DNA of 61,530 nt, the filler included, from Nemertoderma westbladi (taxonomy: Eukaryota; Animalia; Xenacoelomorpha), in the NCBI GenBank assembly GCA_032718475.1. It is 3 parts of 3 records of this genome, joined end to end, with 100 filler letters (N's around TTAATTAATTAA, not from the genome) between each part and the next. Parts side by side here need not be neighbours in the genome. Positions count along the whole stretch, not along the records: positions 1 to 27,054 come from JAUCBJ010006335.1; 2 more parts are not named here. One strand, 5' to 3'. How positions within the stretch are numbered: the stretch's first letter is position 1; each line of letters opens with the position of its first letter. The notes below the pieces were generated by a model. It did not search any database and was not told the origin of the DNA. It saw nothing but the letters and a program-made list of their open reading frames with translations. A program made the position numbers and the translations under genes. Positions 11,871 to 23,884 of the stretch are shown here, in pieces.

Positions 11871-12702
11871 ATGCTATCTTCCCGGTGAGAAGATAGCATC
11901 AACCTTAAGTGCGTTTCAATTCCGCTGGAACCCAATCTACTATCGGGTGTGGGGTGGAGTTCTTTTCTCGGGGTTGGCTTTCCAGGCCGCCCCCCCTGGG
12001 TATGTTATTGCTACCCATCCTTGGTGCAATCGCGAGCTATGTTGCACCAAGGTATCTGACGTCTCTGTTCGAGACAATTGTGGACTCTCTCCGCACAATT
12101 TTATACAACCTCGCTCTGAATCCACTCTAATCTCACTCTACTGTTTCTCTCACGGACCCGATTGTCCCTTACACTTTCTCTTACTGCTCGCTCCCCACAC
12201 TTGAATTGCACTCCCCTGATTTCTACGCAGGTCAGCACCTCCTCTCCATACTTCCCTCGTACTCCTATACTCAACCCACACTTGTTTATATCCTTCGTAC
12301 CCTCCCATGAAGCTCCCACATCCTCATTAGTGTGGCCACACTTGAGAAATGGGATCCGTCTAGTGTCTCGTCCTCACGTCATAGTCAATTGGTCCCCCAA
12401 TCCCAGTAGCTAATTGGAAAAAGGTTATATATGACTATAGTACTTACTTTGATTATATTCGTATTGATTATATTGATGAACTACATACGTACATACTAAT
12501 TGCACTTTAGTTATTTGCACTTAAGAGTTCGTATAATTCCCACGTATGGTGCCTTCCAGGCACGCCCACATCTCCCCCTCTGAGTCCTAGTTCGCTCGTC
12601 CCGTCCTCTATCATCGTCCTGTCTGGGCCGCTTCCTTCCCTCTGCCTTGTCCTCTTTGAGACTCCTCATTCTCGCCGTTACCGCCTTGCTAATTCCTGTG
12701 GT

Positions 12703-14500
12703 CTATTCTTTGGGTGCAGGTGTTATCAACTCCCGGTAACGCTTTGCAGGTGGCCCTTCCGAATGCCCCTCCTGCTTCCCCCTGGTAGCGTCCCACAAGA
12801 TCATTTTCATCGTTTGCGGTAAGTGCTCCGCCAGAAAATCTCTGAACTCGCCTCTGTTTTCAGGCGTCCACCTGTCCAGGTACCTCTGCGTGTTGATGAC
12901 TCCTCCATACAACGCCGCTGTCGCACCTCTTGGTATGTGAATGGCAGTCTCCTCTTGATAATCTCCAGATGGGCTTCCTGATTGATGTTGAAGAAGCCCC
13001 ACCGGAACTCCTGGGCCTTCATCCTCTGTCACGTCATAATGCCGACATCGGCCCACTCCTCGAAGATCTTAAACTTCTCATCGTCCATCCAATCGCACTG
13101 GCGCCCATAGTGCCCTCGGAAGTTACACTTTGAGCAGCGGTTGTGCAGCCTCGGACATGCTCCCATCCTATGGCTCGACTCGCGGCAGTAGAGGCAACTC
13201 GTCCCCTTCTGAAATCGATACAAACAGCTCTTTTCCTGGTGAGTTAGCCTCCCGCAGTAATCACAGCCGTGTATCAACGCATCCCGCCCCAAGTCGTCTT
13301 TTGCCCCGAGCGGTCTCCTAGGTCTGTGGAGCCATTGGTAAGCAAACTTCTGGACATTAACGTCTCTATCCAAATCTACGTCCTCCTCCCGCCTTGGCAT
13401 CGTCTCCCCAAACACTACCCATGGTGCCGTTCCCGGTTGCTCGCCCAACCTGATGATGCTCCCCGCGAAATCCATCGCCGGCTCCTCGTGCATCCAGGTC
13501 CGCTTGCCGGGTTTATCCCAGAAGGCCCTCGCCCCGCCGGCCGTCACCACCCTCCCGCCCACCCAGTCCGTATCTGAGTGGCCGATCCTCTCGATGGGCG
13601 GCATCTCGCAGAACTCGTCGTCATCTTCCTCCATCGCTGGGAGTGGACAGGCCCGGTATCCCAGTAGATCCACTGTGCCCCTTTCTGCCTTGGCCTCCGC
13701 CCGTAACTCTCCACCCTTGCTGTTCCCTTGGTCTCTTTCTCGCGAAATCGCCCTCAGTGGGCATCGCTTGCAATCCCGATGTCGACTGTTTCGGCGATTC
13801 TTCCATCCATCCCAGCTCCTCCCCCAGAAACTCGCCCGAGCTCCCTGATCCCCACCTCAGCTCGTCCAAGTTCTGGGCTTCGAACCCGTAATCCGCCCCC
13901 CTTATGTCCGCCTCTCTCTCATCTGCTTCTCTCCTTTCTCGCCTGGCGACTTCCTCCAGTCGCTTCTCCTCGACTCTATCCGCTTCCAGCTTCTCCCATA
14001 TCTTGTATGGTGTATCCACCTCTCTGTCTTCTAGGTGCCGGCTGTTGTAGTACACCGACTCGCCCTTTAGCCTCTACCAGACCTTCGAAGGCCACCTTAA
14101 AGGCTCTTCTGTAGTTTAGAGGTGCTCCTGATAGCAGAAACGCCATCGGTTCTCTTCCAATAACCACGGCCATGAATAGGTTTAGTAAACCTATCATTAT
14201 CCAGTCCTCCTGTAGGATATATCTCTTCTGATATATCTTTATCGCTCCTCTCCGGAACTGATACACCTCCTGTTTCCCTGGCCTCGCTCCCCATTTCAGC
14301 GAGTTCGCCAGCTCCGCTCCGTACTCCTCCCGGAACTTACCCCAGTCCATCGGCTTGTGGCAGACAAGCCCCATGAGTTGGCCCAACTCCACTGCTCCAG
14401 AATGTCCTGTGCCCGCTCTGTGCTCCTCCTGGAACTTGCCCCAGTCCATCGGCTTGTGGCAGACAAGGCCCATGAGCTGGCCCATCTCCACTGCACCATA
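12703..14500 (-). pseudogene. Frameshifted ORF with three CCHC zinc knuckles, inside the LTR element
   Basis: Overlapping ORFs 13976-14491, 13621-14055, 13029-13673 and 12703-13056. Knuckles CDYCGRLTHQEKSC, CLYCRESSHRMGAC and CSKCNFRGHYGRQC (Cx2Cx4Hx4C). Confidence 0.7.
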
Positions 14501-15079
14501 ATGCGTGTGTTCTCTACCACTCCCAAAGTGCCAATTTTTCTTGGTTTTATTTTATTTTTCTTATGTTACCCCTGTCTGTGCTATCATCCTATCTACCTTG
14601 CTACTTCCTTCTTACTATGTGGCGCTTTCGGTGCCCACAACCCCTCTACTACTACTTCTATAGTATATCTACATACCATGCCCTCTACTCACTTTCTACG
14701 TGGCGCTTTCGGTGCCCACAACCTCTCTGCTACTACTCTCGTGATATGTCTATATACCACACTCCCTAATTTCTAACTTCTAACTCTCCTCTTACTCTTA
14801 CTAACTTCTACTAACTTTCTAACTCCTTACTTCTAACTAGTGTTACCTACTATCTAACTATCTACTACTATTACTTTCTAACTTTCTACTATCTCACTTC
14901 TTACTCTATTATTTTTTATTATTTATATTTTATTTATGTGTGAGAAGGGCGTCTCGCCCTCATTCCCACCCCCCTCAGTCCAACATATTGGACGACTAAA
15001 CTTCAAGGGCGATTCTTCCAGCAGGCACTCTCCCACTGCCCCCTTGTTGGTCCTCTTATCCTTCGTCACACTCTCCTTG

Positions 15080-15880
15080 TTAATTCCAACTCTCTAGGAT
15101 TTGATTCTCCCTCCTCCACCACCCTAAAATCGGGTATTTCGGTCGCCTTCTTGATTTCCTCATGGTCCCCTGGCAGCAATGGCGCCCATAGTGCCCTCGG
15201 AAGTTACACTTTGAGCAGCGGTTGTGCAGCCTCGGACATGCTCCCATCCTATGGCTCGACTCGCGGCAGTAGAGGCAACTCGTCCCCTTCTGAAATCGAT
15301 ACAAACAGCTCTTTTCCTGGTGAGTTAGCCTCCCGCAGTAATCACAGCCGTGTATCAACGCATCCCGCCCCAAGTCGTCTTTGCCCCGAGCGGTCTCCTA
15401 GGTCTGTGGAGCCGTTGGTAAGCAAACTTCTGGACATTAACGTCTCTATCCAAATCTACGTCCTCCTCCCGCCTTGGCATCGTCTCCCCAAACACTACCC
15501 ATGGTGCCGTTCCCGATTGCTCGCCCAACCTGATGATGCTCCCCGCGAAATCCCCCGCGTCACCACCCTCCCGCCCACCCAGTCCGTATCTGAGTGGCCA
15601 ATCCTCTCGATGGGCGGCATCTCGCCGAACTCGTCGTCATCTTCCTCCGTCGCTGGGAGTGGATCCAGATCCATAATCCATACCCAACTCCTGGTATCCT
15701 TCCCCGGGCCGCTTCTCACATGGGACCTCCCCATCGCCCGTCTCTGGTTTCTCCTCTACGTCCTTAACAGTGCCTGATAGCATGCACCCTGATGTCTCCG
15801 ACACCCTGAATGGAATCTTGGTTTTAATTGGGCCGCTAAGCGTCCATCCGTACGGCGTGAGAATCGCCGTCGGATCCCTG
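15080..15880 (-). pseudogene. Second, near-identical copy of the triple-CCHC segment with different flanking coding sequence
   Basis: 15180-15660 duplicates 13099-13643 apart from small deletions. Confidence 0.75.
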
Positions 15881-16190
15881 TGGATGCTTTCCTGTTCCTT
15901 ACCACGTGCCTCCCGCCCCACTATTGGCTATAATATACTAATTGTCACTTTGGCACTCCCTGTGAGTGTTTCCCCCCGCTGCTAGCCTCTACTAGCTGTA
16001 TTCCCTCCGAGGTGGTTTGACCTCTCACCTTTCTTTCTCTGTGGCTTTGGGGCTTGTGTCGCCCCCCCCCCCCCCCAATGTTGGTTATGAGACGAGATTA
16101 ATATTGGTAATCTCGTATCCCCAATATATTGCTAAATGCCACTGGTCCCATTTTCTGGTGGGTAATGAAGTGGAATTGAATCCGCTTACA
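15881..16190 (-). repeat. Truncated 5' LTR (U3 side only; U5 and PBS missing)
   Basis: Nearly identical to ~11550-11861, then joins internal sequence directly. Confidence 0.85.
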
Positions 16191-16450
16191 GTGGTCCATA
16201 ACCAATAGTAACAATGTGGTCCGTAACCAATAGTAACAATATGGTTCGTAACCAATAGTAACAATATGGTCCGTAACCAATAGTAACAATATGGTCCGTA
16301 ACCAATAGTAACAATGCGGTCCGTAACCAATAGTAACAATGTGGTCCGTAACCAATAGTAACAATATGGTCCGTAACCAATAGTAACAATGAGGTCCGTA
16401 ACCAATATTAACAATGAGGTCCGTAACCAATAGTAACAATGAGGTCCGTA
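16191..16450. repeat. Remainder of the 25-bp minisatellite (~10 units)
   Basis: Same unit as 2129-4930. Confidence 0.95.
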
Positions 16451-16810
16451 ATCTGTAACCTTATAATACTTGTGAAAATAAAAAATCAAAGAGCGATACT
16501 AAAACTGGTGCTCCAAAATCCATTAACTAGGTCTCATAAACAACCTCTAAACACAGACACAACCACCTAGATCAGCCTAAAAACATTGGTGCAGAAGAGC
16601 AGACAAAACCGAACATTGATTCAATCAACGAATATAATTCATCATTCGAATTCCTTTATGAATCTTTTCAGTAAAAAGATAATAACTACAGTAATATGCG
16701 AAAGAAATATGCGACATATTACTGTCAAAAGCAATAGCAAATGAATAGTGTTTGTCATTAATTTAAATTCCGCCTATAGAAAACTACATAAGGACGATCT
16801 GCCACTGCTC

Positions 16811-18626
16811 TGCTACCCTCCCCACAGACTTCCGTATTGCTACCCTCCCCACAGACTTCCGAATTGCTACCCTCCCCACAGACTTCCGTATTGCTACCCT
16901 CCCCACAGACTTCCGAGTTGCTACCCTCCCCACAGACTTCCGTATTGCTACCCTCCCCACAGACTTCCGTATTGCTACCCTCCCCACAGACTTCCGAATT
17001 GCTACCCACCCCACAGACTTCCGAATTGCTACCCTCCCCACAGACTTCCGTATTGCTACACTCCCCACAGACTTCCGAGTTGCTACCCTCCCCACAGACT
17101 TCCGTATTGCTACCCTCCCCACAGACTTCCGTATTGCTACCCTCCCCACAGACTTCCGTATTGCTACCCTCCCCACAGACTTCCGTATTGATACCCTCCC
17201 AACAGACTTCCGTATTGCTACCCTCCCCACAGACTTCCGTATTGCTACCCTCCCCACAGACTTCCGTATTGCTACCCTCCCCGCAGACTTCCGTATTGCT
17301 ACCCTCCCCACAGACTTCCGTATTGCTACCCTCCCCACAGACTTCCGTATTGATACCCTCCCCACAGACTTCCGTATTGATACCCTCCCAACAGACTTCC
17401 GTATTGCTACCCTCCCCACAGACTTCCGTATTGCTACCCTCCCCATAGACTTCCGTATTGCTACCCTCCCCGCAGACTTCCGTATTGCTACCCTCCCCAC
17501 AGACTTCCGTATTGCTACCCTCCCCACAGACTTCCGTATTGCTACCCTCCCCACAGACTTCCGTATTGATACCCTCCCAACAGACTTCCGTATTGCTACC
17601 CTCCCCACAGACTTCCGTATTGCTACCCTCCCCACAGACTTCCGTATTGCTACCCTCCCCGCAGACTTCCGTATTGCTACCCTCCCCACAGACTTCCGTA
17701 TTGCTACCCTCCCCACAGACTTCCGTATTGATACCCTCCCCACAGACTTCCGTATTGATACCCTCCCAACAGACTTCCGTATTGCTACCCTCCCCACAGA
17801 CTTCCGTATTGCTACCCTCCCCATAGACTTCCGTATTGCTACCCTCCCCGCAGACTTCCGTATTGCTACCCTCCCCACAGACTTCCGTATTGCTACCCTC
17901 CCCACAGACTTCCGTATTGATACCCTCCCCACAGACTTCCGTATTGATACCCTCCCCACAGACTTCCGTATTGCTACCCTCCCCACAGACTTCCGTATTG
18001 CTACCCTCCCCGCAGACTTCCGTATTGCTACCCTCCCCGCAGACTTCCGTATTGCTACCCTCCCCACAGACTTCCGTATTGCTACCCTCCCCACAGACTT
18101 CCGTATTGCTACCCTCCCCACAGACTTCCGTAGTTGCTACCCTCCCCACAGACTTCCGTATTGCTACCCTCCCCACAGCCTTCCGTATTGCTACCCTCCC
18201 CACAGACTTCCGTATTGCTACCCTCCCCACAGACTTCCGTATTGCTACCCTCCCCACAGACTTCCGTATTGCTACCCTCCCCACAGACTTCCGTATTGCT
18301 ACCCTCCCCACAGACTTCCGAGTTGCTACCCTCCCCACAGACTTCCGTATTGCTACCCTCCCCACAGACTTCCGAGTTGCTACCCTCCCCACAGACTTCC
18401 GTATTGCTACCCTCCCCACAGCCTTCCGTATTGCTACCCTCCCCATAGACTTCCGTATTGATACCCTCCCCACAGACTTCCGTATTGATACCCTCCCCAC
18501 AGACTTCCGTATTGCTACCCTCCCCGCAGACTTCCGTATTGCTACCCTCGCCACAGACTTCCGTATTGCTACCCTCCCCACAGACTTCCGTATTGCTACC
18601 CTCCCCACAAACTTCCGTATTGCTAC
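16811..18626. repeat. 27-bp minisatellite, ~67 units
   Basis: Unit TGCTACCCTCCCCACAGACTTCCGTAT. Confidence 0.97.
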
Positions 18627-18706
18627 AATAGTCCAACAATGTCGTACGTGATCCGGATGTGTATACCATAATACTACTATTAGCTGTAACTCTGTAATAA
18701 ACTCAC

Positions 18707-18799
18707 ATAATCTGATACCAGAGACCGGTTGTCTGTAACTTTGTCCTGTATTTCGCGTTCCAGACGTTGAACTAGAAGTTCCTGGGAATTTATCGTTTC
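18707..18799 (-). CDS. MTUS1/2-like: MTUS-like gene, internal exon (93 nt)
   Basis: ttttattAG acceptor and GTGAGT donor. Encodes ETINSQELLVQRLEREIQDKVTDNRSLVSDY, phase 0/0. Confidence 0.65.
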
Positions 18800-19469
18800 C
18801 TAATAAAATATAACATTTATTAGAGTAACAAATAATGAATGTAAGTTAAAATACCAAAAAAACTTATTGGTAAAGTATAGATTATCAGTCGTAACAGTTC
18901 AAGTTACAGAAAATGTAACCAATTTTCGATGAATAACAATCGAGAAATTGTTTATATAGATTTTCTGGAACAATCTGTCACGAACTGTTACATCGTTTTA
19001 TACTGTACTAATTTAGAATAACCAACAAAATTTGTTCTATTTTGAAATTGTTACTTTTTCGCTTGAATAAACCCTAAAATCGTGAGAAAAAGTTGCACTT
19101 TTTTCAATAGGGTAAGAAAGTAGCCAATAGGATTATTATATCATAGAAAAAAACGGAGAACAATTTTTTCAACATTCTCTCGATCCTTTATTAACCTCGC
19201 TCACCCTCGGCCTCGGTAAATAAAATGCCTCGAGAATAGTGAAAAAAGTTATACTTTTTTACTTTTTGCAATAAATAATTATATTTAAATTTTAAAAGGT
19301 GAAATGGATTTCATCGATCAAGGTATACAAAAAGCTATACGTGATACTCTATAAAAAAAAGTTGGAAAAATTGTAGAACTTGCAGAACTCGCTGTAGAGC
19401 TCGTGTCTGCGGTCTGTTAAACAGTTAGTAATGTTTGGCACTATGGCTGCACTCCACCTTACTAAAATT

Positions 19470-19700
19470 ATTAATATTGGGATTTTTGGGGCCGGTGATT
19501 TCATTTCTTACGTTATGTTTGTAATGTTTGGTTTGGGGGTCTATCTAATCTGTCTGGAGGACGGTATGGCTGTCTGTCTGTCTTCTTAAATTTTGACGGA
19601 CAAATAGGTAGACGGAGACTGCGATAACTGGAGAACGAAAAATATCTCGCTAAGCCGTTTTATGATTTGAAACCCCCATTAAATTCTGTATCAGATGAAA
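19470..19700. repeat. Interspersed non-autonomous repeat (Helentron/HINE-like); second copy at ~50930-51160
   Basis: Both copies share a GTCT microsatellite and ...AAAAATATCTC.CTAAGC.GTTT...CCCCATTAAATTCTG. The class assignment is inference. Confidence 0.5.
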
Positions 19701-20208
19701 AATAATTATTGTAATAATGATAAAAGTAGTGGCAAAAATATAAACAAAATATAAGCTTATTAAATCGCATTAATTGTATTTGTCACTAATTAATACAATT
19801 ATTGCTTTTTCCAATAAATTAAACGGTTTTTTTCACTAAATTTTTCTCACTAAAATATGTTACGATATATTTTATTACCAAAATGAAACTGTTACCTGTT
19901 ATATTGAATACGTTTATTGTTTTGGTTCCAATAACTTAATAAGTATTGCTCCTTATTTAGTGAAAAATAACATTTTATAAAATTTAAATAATTCAAAGTA
20001 ACAAAACCCATATTATTATTATTACTTTTATTCGTACACATACAAATTATATATGGTGCACTTATAGCACAAATAACACTGAACTTATAATATGAATTGA
20101 AATATAATACAAAAATATCTACATAGGTAACACATAGGCAGCGCAATACTGATAAAACAAAACGAAAAAATTAGGCAGAGGAAATATAGTCCAACAACAC
20201 TTTTACTT

Positions 20209-21010
20209 CTGGGGCGGGCGACAAGAAGCTCCGTTAGTGCTAACGGCGCCGTTAACTAAAATTATGCGCGTCACGAAACCTCCGTTAAATTAACGGCGGC
20301 TTTAACTAACGGAAGCCGGCGTCTCGAAGCTCCGTTACACTAACGGAGGACACTCCGTTAAGGTATTTTACACCATCCACCAGAAGGCACCTTTAAGGAT
20401 CCGTTAAGAAATATTTTGTATTCTACTCTACATAACTAAAAGCATTCTGAAAAACTATATTTATAGCTTTCATAGGAAATAGAACTTGAATTCACGTTCT
20501 GTGTGACATTCAATCATCTCCGCATTATCCATATATCCAATTCCTATTATAAACACAGTTCAACTTAGTTTTCCGTCATCAGTTAGAGTAGATTTATACC
20601 CAATACTCGGGCACTGCATATGCTTTATTAGTTGTTTTGATGATGTTAAACTCCCGATCTTAACATTAATTGTGTGCGCTATTAATTGCCTAAACATGAA
20701 ACTGTAGCGGTAGTATGTACTGCTTAGGTATATAATATTTTTTAGATGTGGAAGGGTTTCAATTTGAAACGGCACTCCAACAATAACATTATCGAGTTGC
20801 CTAAGCAACCACAACAACACTCACCTGTACGCAATTTTATGATCATTTGGAAAGTATCACTTTTAGTACTAACGGAACCTTAACGGAGAACTCCCTAACG
20901 GAGGACTAAATACTCGTTCGTGTCGCCCATTATGAGTTATCCGTTAAGTGCACTTCCGTTAAACCTCCGTTAACTTTAAAATTAACGGAGCTTCTTGTCG
21001 CCCGCCCCTG
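20209..21010. mobile_element. MITE with 28-bp TIRs
   Basis: C(T/A)GGGGCGGGCGACAAGAAGCTCCGTTA at both ends, with many subterminal TCCGTTA/TAACGGA motifs. No TSD visible. Confidence 0.85.
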
Positions 21011-21106
21011 GACTAGTAAAACCGGGTATTCCTTAGTAACCAATCAGTGAATCGATTAAATCTCTACAACTATCGACTTTCCGAATCTTCTCCTACTACA
21101 GGTGTA

Positions 21107-21211
21107 TGCACTGCACTGCACTGCACTGCACTGCACTGCACTGCACTGCACTGCACTGCACTGCACTGCACTGCACTGCACTGCACTGCACTGCACTGCA
21201 CTGCACTGCAC
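21107..21211. repeat. (TGCAC)21 microsatellite
   Basis: Perfect pentanucleotide run. Confidence 0.97.
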
Positions 21212-21607
21212 ATAATTTAATTGATTAACTACTACTGACGGCGTCAGAGCATTAAGATCTGCTACTCTACAAACATTAGCAATAGATCTTAGGTTATTAC
21301 CGGTTGTACTTCTACAATCGGAGATAAATAAATTAGCAAGATATTGAACGCACAGCCTATCTGATTTGCGAATACAATTACAAAAAGAAACAAAATACTT
21401 ACATAGTATAACCCAAGGGTGTAAAAAACCTACAATTTCCTGAACAATAAACCTATGTGCATTAAAAGGAAGATGACACGCAATTCTCACGTTTGTATTC
21501 CAACTGGTTAAAAGCCAACGACATTCCTCGGATCTAAGGTTCCAAGTGCAACTACCATAAAAGGACATAGCATACAACCTTTGAATATAAGTTATATTAT
21601 TTGGGTG

Positions 21608-22420
21608 GGCAAAACCAGGGTAAATCAAGGCAAAACCAGGGTAAATCAAGGCAAAACCAGGGTAAACCAAGGCAAAACCAGGGTAAACCAAGGCAAAACC
21701 AGGGTAAACCAAGGCAAAACCAGGGCAATCCAAGGTAAAACCAGGGTAATCCAAGGCAAAACCAGGGCAAACCAAGGCAAAACCAGGGTAAACCAAGGCA
21801 AAACCAGGGTGAACCAAGGCAAAACCAGGGCAAACCAAGGTAAAACCAGGGTAATCCAAGGTAAAACCAGGGTAATCCAAGGCAAAACCAGGGCTAACCA
21901 AGGCAAAATCAGGGTAAACCAAGGCAAAACCAGGGTAAACCAAGGCAAAACCAGGGTAAACCAAGGCAAAACCAGGGTAAACCAAGGCAAAACCAACGTA
22001 AACCAAGGCAAAACCAGGGTAAATCAAGGCAAAACCAGGGTAAACCAAGGCAAAACCAGGGTAAACCAAGGCAAAATCAGGGTAAACCAAGGCAAAACCA
22101 GGGTAAACCAAGGCAAAACCAGGGCAAAACCAGGGTAATCCAAGGCAAAACCAGGGCAAACCAAAGCAAAACCAGGGTAAACGAAGGCAAAACCATGGTA
22201 AACCAAGGCAAAACCAGGGTAAACCAAGGCAAAACCAGGGTAAACCAAGGCAAAACCAGGGCAAACCATAGCAAAACCAGGGTAAACCAAGGCAAAACAA
22301 TGGTAAACCAAGGCAAAACCAGGGTAAACCAAGGCAAAACCAGGGTAAACCAAGGCAAAACCAAGGCAAACCAAGGCAAAACCAGGGTAATCCAAGGCAA
22401 AAGAAAAACCAAGGCAAACC
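21608..22420. repeat. 21-bp minisatellite, ~38 units
   Basis: Unit GGCAAAACCAGGGTAAACCAA, built from two related 10/11-bp halves. Confidence 0.95.
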
Positions 22421-23389
22421 TGTCTAATATTATTAAACTTTCAAATAAACTGGCCTCTTTTACGTAAAATATCAACATTCAAAGATCACTTGAAATCTAA
22501 TACCTAAATAAATCGCATCTTTCACCCATGGCAACAAAATATCACCAATCAAAATTTTCCGCAATGGCGGATTCCATGCGTGCGTGCCCAAATGGGATGC
22601 ATTTACATTTCGCTGTAAAGTTTCGCTGCAAAGTAAAAGTACATCGTCGCGTAGGCTAACACACCATAATAATGGTTACCTATAAAACAACCTACTTTAC
22701 AATTACGTAAGGATTTAATGAGAATATTCAGAACAATACAAAAGAGAACAGGAGAACACACAGAGCCTTGTCGGACACCATTAGAAACCATAAATTGAGA
22801 CGAAAGACAGCCTAACCATGTAACATTACATAACTGATTACGATAAATAAAAATAAGACATCTTAGGTAAAGAACAGAAAACCCTTTCTTTAATAGTTCT
22901 AATTCTAAAAATAGATTAGGCCACTCAAAAGCTTTATCCAAAAAGAGACTTATAACCCTAGTTGGTCCGGGGGAGGGGGGGGGGGGGGGGGGGGGGGGTA
23001 ATTTCGAAATTTCTTGTAATTCATATGTGTCTTTGAGTCAGGTTTGTTAAAAATGTAATGGATAAACGCCATTTACATGACTCTGTTAGTTTTCGTGCTG
23101 TGGTCCCTTTCGGGCACCAATATCCAGTATTTTTCGTGCTAAAATTTTCAAACATTTTTATGGCTCACTAAAATTAATTTATTTGCGGTATACAGTACAG
23201 CGGTTTTTTGGACCCTGATAACGATTACAACTCAAATATAATATAAAAATATAAAAAATATATAATATAAAATATCGCATTATCCAATTAAATTAGATTT
23301 TTGCCGTTTGAAATTTTTTGCTACTTGTATTTTTCATCGCACCTGACAAGCAACAAAAACGATAGTTGCGTTACCACGAATGATTTTTA

Positions 23390-23760
23390 ACGACTTGTAT
23401 CGTGATCAGCGGCTTTGAAACCAGTAGAGCTTCAGAATTCCCAACCAAAGGCAAAAGTTAACAGTTTATACTTTTGTGCTACGGTAGTTGTAATTTTCAT
23501 TCTGGGGCACCAGAATGGTACCAAAATCGGGTTTGCATTTACTATAAACATTTCTAACTAGTGTAATCGTGATCAGCGATCTCGAATTACGTACGTTCAG
23601 AATTATCAAACCAAACACAAATTTTTTTAGTTTGGCATTTTATTACTATACTTTTCGTCTTGGGGGACCAAAATAGCACCAAAAATTATGGTTGCATTAC
23701 CAGAAAATATTTTTAACAAGTTTTATCGTGATCAGCGACCTCGAAAACCCTTATACCATC
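23390..23760. repeat. Three diverged ~165-bp tandem subrepeats of a non-autonomous element
   Basis: ATCGTGATCAGCG recurs at ~23399, ~23566 and ~23725 with similar downstream GGGG.ACCA..AT...ACCAAAA. Confidence 0.55.
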
Positions 23761-23884
23761 AAAATTGTAATTCTTGAGCCAAGATCTAAAAAATTTCTAA
23801 AATGAGAATTACGTTGTAAAATAGTCCGGACCAGATAGGGATAAATTTAAATAAATAAATGTAACAAAACCCGTTGCAACTCAC

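Larger units (their letters stand above)
4931..16190 (-). mobile_element. Non-autonomous LTR retroelement with nested insertions
   Basis: TG...CA termini (TGTGACGGGA at 4931, CCGCTTACA at 16190) and 5-bp TSD GTGGT (4926-4930, 16191-16195). The satellite resumes in register on the right. A PPT abuts the left LTR. Confidence 0.9.
20010..22941 (-). mobile_element. Degenerate CR1/L2-group LINE interrupted by a MITE, a microsatellite and a minisatellite
   Basis: RT motifs DKAF and GVRQGSVCSPVLF...GVLAYA at 22603-22941. C-terminal YAMSFYGSCTWNL...WNTNVRIACHLP...HRF at 21215-21600. Stop at 20171, then AATAAA and an (AAT)n tail near 20010-20032. Confidence 0.75.

Noticed and set aside
15180-15190. 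TGGCGCCC at the duplication boundary, resembling a tRNA-Lys primer-binding site
   Set aside because: It is on the wrong strand for this element, is not next to an LTR end, and lies within knuckle codons.
16748-18669. ORFs of 200-600 aa with 9-aa repeats on both strands
   Set aside because: They are by-products of a 27-bp unit, with no splice signals or unique domains.
21056-22478. 453-aa hydrophobic repeat ORF
   Set aside because: A 21-bp satellite and (TGCAC)n read through into a dead LINE fragment.
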